Assembly (NCBI GenBank): GCA_041663105.1
Contig: JBAZRB010000021.1
Coordinates: 13,798 to 77,797, forward strand
From: Rhodanobacter sp.
Lineage (GTDB): Bacteria; Pseudomonadota; Gammaproteobacteria; Xanthomonadales; Rhodanobacteraceae
Direction: 5' to 3'
DNA: 64,000 bases
Shown here: piece after piece, positions 1 through 9,731 of the stretch
Numbering within the stretch: the stretch's first letter is position 1
Layout of the letters: each line of letters opens with the position of its first letter
Notes under the pieces: model-generated
The model's database searches: none
Seen by the model: only the letters and a program-made list of their open reading frames with translations
What the model was told of the DNA's origin: nothing
Position numbers and translations under genes: made by a program

Positions 1-26
1 CACTCTGACCCCTTTGTTGTTGGCGT

Positions 27-1874
27 TCAGTCAAGTAAGTGCCACGCTATACGATCGGGGTAGATCAGGGAGCACGCTGTAGAAAGCAAGGAAATTCCTG
101 CCGACTCTGTAACAGGCCTCACCAATCCATTCCATTTTTCAGAGAAATCCGCGACACGCCAAATACCATGTCCAATTTGGAACGTAGCGTTATATCCATC
201 GTCTATTTTAACGAATGCAAAATCTGAGTATGAAGATGGAATAAACGCATTTGCATTTCGGTGATCAAGATCACTCATACCTAGATCGAATGCATCTTCA
301 AGCTCAAGTTCCTTTGCAAGCAACAACAGCACGCATAAGAATGTTGAAGGATTTGCTATTGTCTCTGGTGCATTAGGATCTCTGTCGCTTTTCGACAATA
401 AGAAGTCGATGATAAAGCTGGAGTCCATATCTGTTCGTGAAATCAATCCTTTTGCTTCGCACAGATCGAGGAAATATAGGCCAGCAAATTTCTCAAGATT
501 CTCTCTTGCCTCAGTGGCTTTCAGTGCCACGGCTATCACTAGAAGCGCCGGAGCTTGCGCATCAGTCATCGCCCTCACCGAGCCCTGATATTTATCAAGG
601 ATGATAGCAAGGAGCCGACCAGCGAGCCCTTCGGCAGTTGTCGCATCACCGCCTGACGTCCTACTTACCACTATCGCCCAGCCCAGCCAACCAAGTAGGC
701 TAGTAATTCTTCCTGGCAAAATAAACAGCTCGCCGACACCAGTGTCCCCGAGCAGAGCGAATTCGTCTCGTAATAATTCCTCGTGAATATCTTGGCATAT
801 CTCCACAATGCGTACCCCCAAATCGACGCATCGTCCGATTACGTAGCTTTCTATAACCGGCTGTCTCTTGCAATGCACCAGTAAAGGAGACAAGCACGTA
901 ACAACTACCTCAATTTCTCGGAATGGATCATGCGATTGTCCCGCACGCTGCCGCATCGCGTTAGCAAGGTTGTTCAAGAAGCTTAAATTGCTGCCGGGAT
1001 CACCCCCTGATGGAAGTACTTTGGCTAACACCTGCTGCAGATTTTTTGGCACCCATCCGTGGTCGATCTCGCTATATAAGTTCTGAATCGTATTGGCAGT
1101 TCCCGGCAGCATCGCCATTGGCCTCGCCTCTGCCAATGTGCGCCGGAGATCACTATCGCCAGAAAAATGAGGATTGGTACAGAAATTGGGGCGCCCGGTA
1201 AGGTTGAGGCCCCAGTAGGCGGGTTGTTGATTTGTTTGTCGAAGATCGCGAGAAACTATTGTTGAAATCGACGCTAAATCAAGGGCCACGTCGAGATCTT
1301 GTACAAATGTGGTGCCATTGATGCAGCGGATGATAATGGATGTACAAAGACCCTCTCCATTTACCTCGGCTGCAAACTGGTCTTGAGCACATGCGGCCAG
1401 GAGAGTGATTCCCGTTGTGGCAGCACTCCCAATGGTGTCCGGCGACAGGACACGGTTAAAGTCCCCCATGACGCCCCCACTGTTACACGCATCAATAATG
1501 AGGTTCGCGTGGCTTGGCGTAACCTCATGAATTAGTGAAAGGAGATTGTTTAGTGGTAGCGCAGAAACGCCTATTCGATCGACCTGGGTGTCGCGACAGC
1601 ACATGTAAAAAATATTTCCTTTTACATAGCCATGACCCGCAAAATAGAATGTAACAACATCTCCAGGAAGCAGTGATTTGCTCGCATCTAACAGGCCCCG
1701 CTGCAACTCTGTTAGCGACGGCGACAGGATTAGCGTACTGCAGTCCGCCTCACAGAATCCGTATTTAATATCGGTGAGCAGCGAGAAGATATTTCGCGCA
1801 TCATTTTCGGCCCCGTCTAGTGAGCGGGAATTATCATAGACATCGCAGCCAACCGCGATCAAGACATGTTTCAA
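27..1874 (-). CDS. Caspase-fold (peptidase C14/metacaspase-like) protease with ~380-aa uncharacterised C-terminal region
   Basis: 615-aa ORF. The N-terminal ~230 aa has caspase hallmarks: initial strand KHVLIAVGCDVY, His motif FYFAGHG (H81, codon nt 1632-1634), Cys motif IIDACNSGG (C130, codon nt 1485-1487). TTG start overlaps the upstream stop (TTGA). AT-rich codon usage. Confidence 0.75.
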   Translation of the reverse strand: MKHVLIAVGCDVYDNSRSLDGAENDARNIFSLLTDIKYGFCEADCSTLILSPSLTELQRGLLDASKSLLPGDVVTFYFAGHGYVKGNIFYMCCRDTQVDRIGVSALPLNNLLSLIHEVTPSHANLIIDACNSGGVMGDFNRVLSPDTIGSAATTGITLLAACAQDQFAAEVNGEGLCTSIIIRCINGTTFVQDLDVALDLASISTIVSRDLRQTNQQPAYWGLNLTGRPNFCTNPHFSGDSDLRRTLAEARPMAMLPGTANTIQNLYSEIDHGWVPKNLQQVLAKVLPSGGDPGSNLSFLNNLANAMRQRAGQSHDPFREIEVVVTCLSPLLVHCKRQPVIESYVIGRCVDLGVRIVEICQDIHEELLRDEFALLGDTGVGELFILPGRITSLLGWLGWAIVVSRTSGGDATTAEGLAGRLLAIILDKYQGSVRAMTDAQAPALLVIAVALKATEARENLEKFAGLYFLDLCEAKGLISRTDMDSSFIIDFLLSKSDRDPNAPETIANPSTFLCVLLLLAKELELEDAFDLGMSDLDHRNANAFIPSSYSDFAFVKIDDGYNATFQIGHGIWRVADFSEKWNGLVRPVTESAGISLLSTACSLIYPDRIAWHLLD

Positions 1875-2482
1875 GGCTGTTTCTCGAATTTAGCTTTTCG
1901 AATAACTTCTTCCGCTAAAGCAGACTCACTTTTGGCCTTTATCAGCGCTTCAATTCTCGCACCGTACTCCTTCGTCTGACCTTCCAGCGCAGCTATAATT
2001 GGGCCTGCATCTGCCACATGTATTTCTGGAAGACTGACGTTACCTTTACTATCTACGCCAAATTCGATCTTTTGAAGCATGCGTTCAAACGCCTCAGCAA
2101 AACCACCCGCTTCTTTGGTGTCGACCGTGTTCCCGCTACGTTCGCATGTTTCACTCATTAACCCGTAGACGCTTTGAGCAAACTGCACCTTCATTTGAAG
2201 TGCTACTTGCTCGATAGATTCACGCATGATTGAAAGATCCCCGTCTACAATGCGCCGGAAGGGCATTGCGAATTCAGCGCTGTGAGTTTTCATCTCGCCA
2301 TCAACAGCGCTTGGGAGTGCAGGGTGTTTCCAGGAAGATCCGTGCGAATAATTCAGCACATTCTCAGGGGATATCATAGTTAAGACGAGTTGCTTTTGGC
2401 TCTCAGCCATGCGCTCAGTCATGCATTCTCTGACTGCTTCGCCAAAAGAGTCAGGAGGCTGAAATGGAACTCTTCTAGTCAT
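1871..2482 (-). CDS. Hypothetical 203-aa soluble protein, partner of the caspase-like gene
   Basis: ATG at 2482 is preceded by AAAGGAG 8 nt upstream; the track ORF extends to a TTG at 2539. Stop overlaps the TTG start of the downstream gene. No TM segment and no motif I recognise. Same AT-rich composition. Confidence 0.65.
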   Translation of the reverse strand: MTRRVPFQPPDSFGEAVRECMTERMAESQKQLVLTMISPENVLNYSHGSSWKHPALPSAVDGEMKTHSAEFAMPFRRIVDGDLSIMRESIEQVALQMKVQFAQSVYGLMSETCERSGNTVDTKEAGGFAEAFERMLQKIEFGVDSKGNVSLPEIHVADAGPIIAALEGQTKEYGARIEALIKAKSESALAEEVIRKAKFEKQP

Positions 2483-2564
2483 GAATGGGACTCCTTTGCC
2501 ACATCGGGAGCGGCTGCGAAAACAGAATCCGAAGGGCAACCGCAGGCTGCACTTTCAGAGCATT

Positions 2565-4235
2565 TCAAACCATCGGCAACTTCAAGCCCTGCTCCCGCGC
2601 ACATTCGACTGCCACCTCATACCCCGCATCCGCATGCCGCATCACCCCGGTGCCCGGATCATTCCAAAGCACCCGTCCAATGCGCTTGTCCGCCTCGGCC
2701 GACCCATCGCAAACAATCACCACCCCCGAATGCTGCGAATACCCCATCCCCACCCCGCCGCCATGATGCAGCGACACCCAGGTCGCCCCACCGGCCACGT
2801 TCAACATCGCATTGAGCAACGGCCAATCCGACACCGCATCGCTCCCATCCTTCATCGCCTCGGTCTCCCGATTCGGTGACGCCACCGACCCCGAATCCAG
2901 GTGATCCCGCCCGATCACCACCGGCGCCTTCAACTCCCCATTGCGCACCATCTCGTTGAACGCCAGCCCCAGCTTGTCACGCAGTCCCAGCCCAACCCAG
3001 CAGATACGCGCCGGCAAGCCCTGGAAGCTGATCCGCTCCTTCGCCATGTCCAGCCAGTTGTGCAGGTGGGCGTCGTCCGGGATCAGCTCCTTCACTTTCC
3101 GGTCGGTCTTGTAGATGTCTTCCGGGTCGCCGGACAGCGCCACCCAGCGGAACGGCCCGATGCCACGGCAGAACAACGGCCGCACGTAGGCAGGCACGAA
3201 GCCCGGAAACGCGAACGCGTTGGCGCAGCCGACGTCCTGCGCCATCTGGCGGATGTTGTTGCCGTAGTCGAAGGTGGGGATGCCCTGCGCGTGGAACGCG
3301 AGCATGGCCTCGACGTGGGTGCGCATGGAGTGCTTGGCGGCGTCGCGGGTGCCTTCGGGATCGCTCTTGCGGCGCTCGAACCACTGCTCCACCGTCCAGC
3401 CCTGCGGCAGGTAGCCGTTGACCGGATCGTGCGCGCTGGTCTGGTCGGTGACGGCGTCGGGGCGCACGCCGCGCTTCACGAGTTCCGGCAGGATGTCGGC
3501 GGCGTTGCCCAGCAGCGCGATGGATTTCGCTTCGCCCGCTTTCGTGTATTTGTCGATGCGCGCCAGCGCGTCGTCGAGGTCGGTGGCCTGCTCGTCGACG
3601 TAGCGGGTCTTCAGGCGGAAGTCGATGCGGCTCTGCTGGCATTCGATGTTGAGGCTGCACAGGCCGGCGAGGCTGGCGGCCAGCGGCTGCGCCGCGCCCA
3701 TGCCGCCGAGGCCGGCGGTGAGCAGCCATTTGCCTTTCAGGTTGCCGCCGTAGTGCTGGCGGCCCATCTCGACGAAGGTTTCGTAGGTGCCCTGGATGAT
3801 GCCCTGCGAGCCGATGTAGATCCAGCTGCCGGCGGTCATCTGGCCGTACATCATCAGGCCTTTTTTATCGAGCTCGTTGAAGTGCTCCCAGGTGGCCCAG
3901 TGCGGCACCAGGTTGGAGTTGGCGATCAGCACGCGCGGCGCGTCGGCATGCGTGCGGAACACGCCGACCGGCTTGCCGGACTGCACCAGCAACGTCTCGT
4001 CGTTTTCAAGCGAGCGCAGCGCAAGCAGGATCGCGTCGAAGCACTCCCAGTTGCGCGCCGCCCGCCCGATGCCGCCGTACACCACCAGCTCGGCCGGGTT
4101 CTCCGCCACCTCCGGATCGAGGTTGTTCTGCAGCATGCGGAACGGCGCCTCGCTGAGCCAGCTCTTGCAGCTGAGCTCGGTGCCGCGCGGCGCGCGGATG
4201 GTGCGGGTGGTGTCGATGCGGGTGGGTGCGGTCAT
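2565..4235 (-). CDS. hutU: Urocanate hydratase
   Basis: 556-aa C-terminal part of track ORF 2565..5468, starting [18 protein letters not shown]. Full-length match to the urocanase family (GGMGGAQPLA-type NAD site, [20 protein letters not shown]). Confidence 0.95.
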   Translation of the reverse strand: MTAPTRIDTTRTIRAPRGTELSCKSWLSEAPFRMLQNNLDPEVAENPAELVVYGGIGRAARNWECFDAILLALRSLENDETLLVQSGKPVGVFRTHADAPRVLIANSNLVPHWATWEHFNELDKKGLMMYGQMTAGSWIYIGSQGIIQGTYETFVEMGRQHYGGNLKGKWLLTAGLGGMGAAQPLAASLAGLCSLNIECQQSRIDFRLKTRYVDEQATDLDDALARIDKYTKAGEAKSIALLGNAADILPELVKRGVRPDAVTDQTSAHDPVNGYLPQGWTVEQWFERRKSDPEGTRDAAKHSMRTHVEAMLAFHAQGIPTFDYGNNIRQMAQDVGCANAFAFPGFVPAYVRPLFCRGIGPFRWVALSGDPEDIYKTDRKVKELIPDDAHLHNWLDMAKERISFQGLPARICWVGLGLRDKLGLAFNEMVRNGELKAPVVIGRDHLDSGSVASPNRETEAMKDGSDAVSDWPLLNAMLNVAGGATWVSLHHGGGVGMGYSQHSGVVIVCDGSAEADKRIGRVLWNDPGTGVMRHADAGYEVAVECAREQGLKLPMV

Positions 4236-4427
4236 GGTGACAAGGCTCGGGTGGTAATGACTTGCCGGAGTATAGCGCCGGGGTATCGGGCGTCCGCGCG
4301 GGGCCGATGCGAGCGGCGAAGGCGTGGTGTAACCGTTTGCGGCGTCCGGGCGAATGACCTGCACCGGCGGTAACATCCGGCGTAGCAGCCCGCCGCGCCG
4401 GTACCGTGCCGCACCAGGAGTCGCAGC

Positions 4428-5510
4428 ATGCAAGCAGAACTTTCCGCGCCCGCACGGCGCCCAGGCAACGCGTGGCGCTGGACGCTGATCGCCGCGGTAG
4501 TCGCGCTGGTCGCGGCCACGCTCGGCTACGTGGGCGGCTGGCTGACGCCGCAGCGGCTCACCGCGCAGCGCATGGTCAACCAGCTGCAGCGCAACGCCGG
4601 CACGTTCGCCGGCTATCGGCGCAACCACGCCAAGGGCGTGTGCGTGAGCGGCCATTTCGACAGCAACGGCCAGGCGCAGGCGTATTCCCAGGCGCAGGTG
4701 TTCGCGCCGGGCCGCACGCCGGTGGTGGGCCGCTTCGCGATCCCCGGCGGCAACCCGTACGCGCCGGACAGCAGCGTGCCGATCCGCAGCATGGCGCTGC
4801 GCTTCACCCAGGTGAACGGGCAGCAGTGGCGCACCGGCATGAACAGCATGCCGGTGTTTCCGGTGGCCACGCCGCAGGCGTTCTACGCGCAGCTGCAGGC
4901 GCAGCAGCCGGACCCGGCCACCGGCAAGCCCGACCCGGCGAAGCTGAAGGCGTTTTTTGCCGCGCATCCGGAGACCGCGCCATTCCGCGCGTGGGCCAGC
5001 ACGGCGAAGCCGTCGGCGAGCTTCGCCACCGAGACGTATTACAGCCTCGATGCGTTCGAGTTGATCGCCGCCGGCGGCAAGCGCCAGCCGGTGCGCTGGC
5101 GCATGGTGCCCGAGGCCACCGACGCGGCCGGCGCGGTGGCCCCGGCCGCGCCGGATTACCTCGACGCCGACCTCGGCCAGCGGCTGGCCCGGGCGCCGCT
5201 GCGCTGGCACCTGCTGCTGACGCTGGCCGCGCCGGGCGATCCGACCGCTGACGCTACCCGGGCATGGCCCGCCGACCGCCCCACGATAGATGCCGGCACG
5301 CTGGTGCTCGATCGCACCGAGCCGCAGCAGAGCGGCCCGTGCCGCGACATCAACTACGACCCGCTGGTGCTGCCGGCCGGCATCAAGGCCTCCGACGATC
5401 CGCTGCTGCCGGCGCGTTCGGCCGTCTATGCCGATTCGTACCTGCGCCGCACCAGCGAGGAAGCCCACCTGCCCGGCACCGCCCGCTCCACGCCGGAGAA
5501 CGCACGATGA
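4428..5510 (+). CDS. Catalase-related heme protein (small catalase-family peroxidase), N-terminal membrane anchor/signal
   Basis: AGGAG lies 7 nt upstream of the ATG. Catalase-core-like motifs [14 protein letters not shown] and [11 protein letters not shown]. Hydrophobic N-terminus. Confidence 0.8.
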   Translation: MQAELSAPARRPGNAWRWTLIAAVVALVAATLGYVGGWLTPQRLTAQRMVNQLQRNAGTFAGYRRNHAKGVCVSGHFDSNGQAQAYSQAQVFAPGRTPVVGRFAIPGGNPYAPDSSVPIRSMALRFTQVNGQQWRTGMNSMPVFPVATPQAFYAQLQAQQPDPATGKPDPAKLKAFFAAHPETAPFRAWASTAKPSASFATETYYSLDAFELIAAGGKRQPVRWRMVPEATDAAGAVAPAAPDYLDADLGQRLARAPLRWHLLLTLAAPGDPTADATRAWPADRPTIDAGTLVLDRTEPQQSGPCRDINYDPLVLPAGIKASDDPLLPARSAVYADSYLRRTSEEAHLPGTARSTPENAR

Positions 5511-6208
5511 ATACCGCCACCAGCTTCACCCTGACCGCCCGCGTGTTGCACTGGCTGATGGCGGCGCTGATTCTGGCGATGCTGTTTATCGGCGTCGGCA
5601 TGGTCGCCTCGGTATCCGCCCGCCACGACTGGTTGCTGCGCCTCCACAAGCCGCTGGGCATTGCGATTCTGATTCTGGCGGTGGTGCGCCTGGCGGTGCG
5701 CCTGCGCCACCCGCCACCGGCGCTGCCAGCGGATCTGCCAGCGATGCAGAAACTGGCCGCGCATGCCTCGCACTGGCTGCTGTATGTCCTGATGCTGGCG
5801 ATGCCGCTGATCGGCTGGGCGATGCTGTCGGCCGGCGGTTACCCGGTGATGCTGAGCGGGTCGCTGCGGCTGCCGCCGATCTTTCCGACCAACCCGGTCG
5901 CGTACGCCATCCTGCGCCACCTGCACGGCTGGTTTGCCTTGCTGCTGCTGTTGACGTTTCTCGCGCATATGGGCGCGGCGCTTTACCACGGCCTGATTCG
6001 CCGCGACGGGGTGCTGTCGAGCATGATCCGCCGCCACGTGGCGCCGCTGCCGGGAGAGCCTGAGCCGATCCCCCGGGACAAGGCTGCCATCGAGAACGCC
6101 ACACCGACTCCGCCGAACGACGCGGCGGAACCAGGCACCGTGCCCGCAGAACCGGACGAGGCGACGGCGCCATCGGCGTCGGTGGGATCACCGTTGCCGA
6201 CGATCTGA
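5507..6208 (+). CDS. Cytochrome b561 family protein
   Basis: ATGA overlap with the upstream gene. Four TM helices with conserved His ([27 protein letters not shown]). Confidence 0.85.
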   Translation: MNTATSFTLTARVLHWLMAALILAMLFIGVGMVASVSARHDWLLRLHKPLGIAILILAVVRLAVRLRHPPPALPADLPAMQKLAAHASHWLLYVLMLAMPLIGWAMLSAGGYPVMLSGSLRLPPIFPTNPVAYAILRHLHGWFALLLLLTFLAHMGAALYHGLIRRDGVLSSMIRRHVAPLPGEPEPIPRDKAAIENATPTPPNDAAEPGTVPAEPDEATAPSASVGSPLPTI

Positions 6209-6477
6209 TAGCCGTGACCGGTGCCGATCAGGCGCCGCGCTGGCGGCGCGCCATCGGTGCCACGGGGCATGGCGCGGCCAGCGCGGCGACGAGCAGCAAC
6301 ATGGATACCCGCACCAGCAAGCCGCGCAGCGTACGCCTGCGGAATGCATCTCTGCACTCGGGTACCGATGGCCATCCCGTCTGCAGACTGCGGTAGTGAT
6401 GCGCCCCTTTCCCCGGCCCGGGCATTGCTGTCCGAAAACGGCGAGTACGCCGCCTGGCACGGTGCTAGCCTGCGCGC

Positions 6478-7974
6478 ATGTCCGAAACCCACGCCAGCGC
6501 CCTGCCCGATGACCGCGTCTGCGAACAGGCGCGGCTGAGCCGGGATGCGCGCTTCGACGGCCTGTTCTTCACCGCCGTCACCAGCACCAGGATCTATTGC
6601 CGCCCGGTGTGCCCGGCGCCGGCGCCGAAGCCGGCGAACGTGCGCTACTACGCCAGCGCGGCGGCGGCCGAGGCGGCCGGCTTTCGGCCGTGCCTGCGCT
6701 GCCGGCCGGAGCTGGCGCCGGGCAACACGGCGTGGCGCCACGGTGAGCAGCTGGTGTCGCGTGCACTGAAGCTGATCGATGGCGGTGCGCTGGCAGAGCA
6801 CTCGCTGGAACAACTGGCCACGCGCGTGGGCGTGAGCTCGCGCCAGCTGCGCCGGCTGTTTGTGGAACATCTCGGCGCGCCGCCGATCGACGTGCACACC
6901 ACGCGCCGGCTGCTGTTCGCGAAGCAGTTGCTGACCGATACGGCGCTGCCGGTGACCGAGGTGGCGCTGGCCTCCGGTTTTGCCAGCTTGCGCCGTTTCA
7001 ACGCGGCGTTTGCGCAGGCAAACCGCATGCCGCCGCGCGAATTGCGCCGGCAACCGCGCGCGCCGCTCGGCGAGGGGTTGATCCTGCGGCTGGGTTATCG
7101 ACCGCCGTACGATTTCGACGCGCTGCTGGCGTTTCTGCGCACCCGCGCGCTGCCCGGCGTGGAGCGGGTGGACGAGCACACGTATGCCCGCGTGTTCGGC
7201 AGTGCGGACACACCCGGCTGGTTACGCCTGAGCCGCTGGCACGCGGGCGAGCACGCCCTGCGGCTGGAACTGCACGGCGCCACGCCACCGCAGTTGTTGC
7301 CGCTGGTGACGACCTTGCGGCGCATGTTCGATCTCGATGCGGAGCCGCAGGCGATTGCCGCCACGCTGGGTGCCGGCGGCGTGCTGAAGCCACTGCTGCG
7401 CAAGAGGCCGGGATTGCGCCTGCCCGGTGGCTGGGACGGTTTCGAGATTGCCGTGCGTGCGGTGCTGGGCCAGCAGGTAAGCGTGGCCGCTGCGCGCACG
7501 CTGGCGACGCGCATCGTGCAGCGCTGGGGCGCGCCGTTGAACGCAGCACCGATGGCAGGACTGGAGCGGTTGTTCCCCGCCCCGGCACAACTGGCCGATG
7601 CGGATCTGCGCGAGATCGGCGTGACCACGGCGCGTGCCGCCACCATTCGCGGCATCGCGCAGGCGCTGCTGGATGGCCGTGCGGACTTTCGCGCCGAGCA
7701 GTCGATGGACGAATTCGTCGCCCGCTGGGTGGCCTTGCCCGGCATCGGCGAATGGACCGCGCACTACATGGCGATGCGTGCATTGAGTCACCCGGACGCG
7801 TTCCCCGCGGCCGATCTGATCCTGCGCCGGGTGGCGGCCGGCGACGGGCCCGAGTTGAGCACCAAGGCGCTGACCGCGCTGGCGGAAAGCTGGCGGCCGT
7901 GGCGCGCGTATGCGGTGATGCATCTGTGGCGCCATGCCAGCGACACGGCGCCGCTGAAACGGAGCAAAGCATGA
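6478..7974 (+). CDS. alkA: Ada-type Zn methylphosphotriester/AraC regulatory domain fused to AlkA-type DNA-3-methyladenine glycosylase II
   Basis: N-terminal Cys4 Ada Zn domain (CRPVCPA...CLRCRP), AraC HTH, C-terminal HhH-GPD glycosylase region. Confidence 0.9.
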   Translation: MSETHASALPDDRVCEQARLSRDARFDGLFFTAVTSTRIYCRPVCPAPAPKPANVRYYASAAAAEAAGFRPCLRCRPELAPGNTAWRHGEQLVSRALKLIDGGALAEHSLEQLATRVGVSSRQLRRLFVEHLGAPPIDVHTTRRLLFAKQLLTDTALPVTEVALASGFASLRRFNAAFAQANRMPPRELRRQPRAPLGEGLILRLGYRPPYDFDALLAFLRTRALPGVERVDEHTYARVFGSADTPGWLRLSRWHAGEHALRLELHGATPPQLLPLVTTLRRMFDLDAEPQAIAATLGAGGVLKPLLRKRPGLRLPGGWDGFEIAVRAVLGQQVSVAAARTLATRIVQRWGAPLNAAPMAGLERLFPAPAQLADADLREIGVTTARAATIRGIAQALLDGRADFRAEQSMDEFVARWVALPGIGEWTAHYMAMRALSHPDAFPAADLILRRVAAGDGPELSTKALTALAESWRPWRAYAVMHLWRHASDTAPLKRSKA

Positions 7975-8486
7975 GCGTGGAAGCGATCTGCTACGACGAC
8001 ATGGGCAGCCCGGTCGGCCCGCTGCGACTGGTGGCTGATGCGCATGGGCTGCACCAGATCTGGTTTGAACACGAGCGGCATCCCAAGCCGATGCCAAGCC
8101 ATGCGGTGCGCTCGGCGGACGGGGTCGCGTTTGCGCGGGTGCAGCTCACCGAGTATTTCGCCGGCGAGCGGCAGGCGTTCGCGCTGCCGCTGCATCCACT
8201 GGGCACGGCATTCCAGCTGGAGGTGTGGCAGGAGCTGGCACGCATTCCGTACGGCGCCACGATCAGCTATGGCGAACTGGCGCGCCGCATCGGCAAGCCG
8301 CAGGCCATGCGCGCGGTGGGCGCGGCGAACGGACGCAACCCGCTGCCGATCGTGCTGCCGTGCCACCGCGTGATCGGCAGCGACGGCAGCCTCACCGGCT
8401 TCGGTGGCGGCCTCCCGGTGAAGCGGCTGCTGCTGGCACTGGAACAGCGCATGGCCCACGGCGACCTGTTCTCCACACCAGCCTGA
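7971..8486 (+). CDS. ogt: Methylated-DNA--protein-cysteine methyltransferase
   Basis: ATGA overlap with the upstream gene. Active-site motif PCHRV and NGRNP. Confidence 0.92.
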   Translation: MSVEAICYDDMGSPVGPLRLVADAHGLHQIWFEHERHPKPMPSHAVRSADGVAFARVQLTEYFAGERQAFALPLHPLGTAFQLEVWQELARIPYGATISYGELARRIGKPQAMRAVGAANGRNPLPIVLPCHRVIGSDGSLTGFGGGLPVKRLLLALEQRMAHGDLFSTPA

Positions 8487-8495
8487 TCGGCTTGC

Positions 8496-8515
8496 CGTTG
8501 GCGCTCACGCCAACG
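8496..8515. terminator. 8-bp GC-rich hairpin between convergent ogt and the MarR-GNAT gene
   Basis: cgttggcg-ctca-cgccaacg perfect stem. No clear U-tract. Confidence 0.35.
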
Positions 8516-8545
8516 CATGCCGCGCAGGTGCGGCGATAGCCGTGC

Positions 8546-9568
8546 TCATGAGGCCGGGCCGACAGCTGCCTTTTTGCGCCGTGCAGTGGAAGTGCCTTTC
8601 GATTTCGCCGCAGGCGGCGCACGCCACACCATGTACACATCGGCGCGCTGGTAGTGCGAATCCGGCCGCACCGTGGACTGATGTTCGAAGCCGACGCTTT
8701 CGTACAGTTTGATGGCCGGCGCCAGTTTGCTGTTGGTCTCCAGAAACAGGGTCTTGCTGCCACGGCGGACGAACTCGTCGATCGCCGCATCGATCAGGCG
8801 CCGGCCGATGCCCAGGCCCTGATAACGCTCGTCCACTGCCATCTTGGTCAGTTCGAGCGAATCATTGACCTCGTGCTTGAGCGCGCAGGTACCCACCACT
8901 GCATCGCCCAGCAAGGCGAAAAACACTTCGCCGCCAGCATCGAGAATCTCCCCTTCCGGATTCGACAGCACCCGCTGGTCGATCTCCTCGATATAGAAAT
9001 ACTTGCGCAGCCACTCGGCATTGAGCCGGTGAAAGTGCTCGCGCAACGCCGGCTGGAAGGTGACCACGCGCAGCGCCTCACGCTGCAGTGCGAGGGTGCG
9101 CTCGGCGATCTCGTCCTGGATCGGCGACTCCAGCAGCTGGGCAAACGCCGTCAACGTCCCCAGCACATCGATACCGGCCTCGCTGCAATGTGACTCCAGT
9201 ACTTCATGGATCGCGCGCCAGGCCGGCTTGGCCTCGCGCAGCGCCGCATCGGCTTTGGCGGTGAGGCCCAGCCGACGCAAGCGCTTGTCCGCCACGTCGG
9301 CATTCGCCACCAGCCAGCCGTCGCGCACCAGCTTGTCGGCGAGCTGGCTGACTGCCGAATGGGTCTGCCCGATCGCCTGCGCGATCTCGCCGACGCTTTG
9401 CGGGCCGCGATCATGCAGCAGCCGCAGCAGCGGAAACCAGCGGCCCTGCACCGCGATGCCGCCGCGCCGGTAGACCTCGTCCGCGATCGCGTACAGGCGC
9501 TCGCTCAGCGCTCGCATCCGGCTGCCAAGCGCCACCAGTCCCAGCTCGTTCACGAACTCCATCGGCAT
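8546..9568 (-). CDS. MarR-family HTH fused to GNAT N-acetyltransferase
   Basis: N-terminal winged-helix MarR region, C-terminal GNAT motif (QGLGIGRRLIDAAI). The track start at 9577 is GTG; ATG codons at 9568/9562 are more likely. Confidence 0.85.
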   Translation of the reverse strand: MPMEFVNELGLVALGSRMRALSERLYAIADEVYRRGGIAVQGRWFPLLRLLHDRGPQSVGEIAQAIGQTHSAVSQLADKLVRDGWLVANADVADKRLRRLGLTAKADAALREAKPAWRAIHEVLESHCSEAGIDVLGTLTAFAQLLESPIQDEIAERTLALQREALRVVTFQPALREHFHRLNAEWLRKYFYIEEIDQRVLSNPEGEILDAGGEVFFALLGDAVVGTCALKHEVNDSLELTKMAVDERYQGLGIGRRLIDAAIDEFVRRGSKTLFLETNSKLAPAIKLYESVGFEHQSTVRPDSHYQRADVYMVWRAPPAAKSKGTSTARRKKAAVGPAS

Positions 9569-9575
9569 CCCCGTC

Positions 9576-9602
9576 ACATATTATGTTAGTTTTAACATAT
9601 AT
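9576..9602. promoter_or_regulatory. AT-rich imperfect palindrome at the 5' end of the MarR-GNAT gene (candidate MarR operator/promoter)
   Basis: acatattATGTTAgtttTAACATatat is an isolated AT-rich dyad in GC-rich DNA. Confidence 0.4.
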
Positions 9603-9731
9603 CGGCGGTGCGACGTCTGCAAGCGCGGGCGGGGCGGTATCGACCGGGTTAGAGCGTGACTACGGGATCACGGCGACGTACGAGCTACGCGCACACACCG
9701 ACGCGCCGGCCGAGCCGGCCAGCCAGCAAGA

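Larger units (their letters stand above)
1..2500. mobile_element. Putative horizontally acquired AT-rich segment (left end off-window); no mobility gene visible
   Basis: Composition visibly shifts from AT-richer to GC-rich around nt 2490-2560, just after the hutU stop. The segment contains only the caspase-like cassette. Confidence 0.4.

Noticed and set aside
2483-2564. Terminator between hutU and the caspase cassette
   Set aside because: Only a weak, interrupted 5-bp stem with a 22-nt loop. Not convincing, and read-through from hutU remains possible.
2901-4373. 490-aa plus-strand ORF
   Set aside because: Antisense shadow of hutU in GC-rich DNA. Composition dominated by A/R/G/V/H with no family resemblance.
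4236-5468. N-terminal 411-aa extension of track ORF 2565..5468 upstream of hutU
   Set aside because: Arg/Ala/Gly-rich low-complexity translation that overlaps the well-supported catalase-like gene on the other strand. Urocanase homology begins at [10 protein letters not shown] (ATG 4235).
5983-7179. 398-aa minus-strand ORF
   Set aside because: Antisense to the Ada/AlkA gene and the b561 3' end. R/A/Q-rich shadow ORF.
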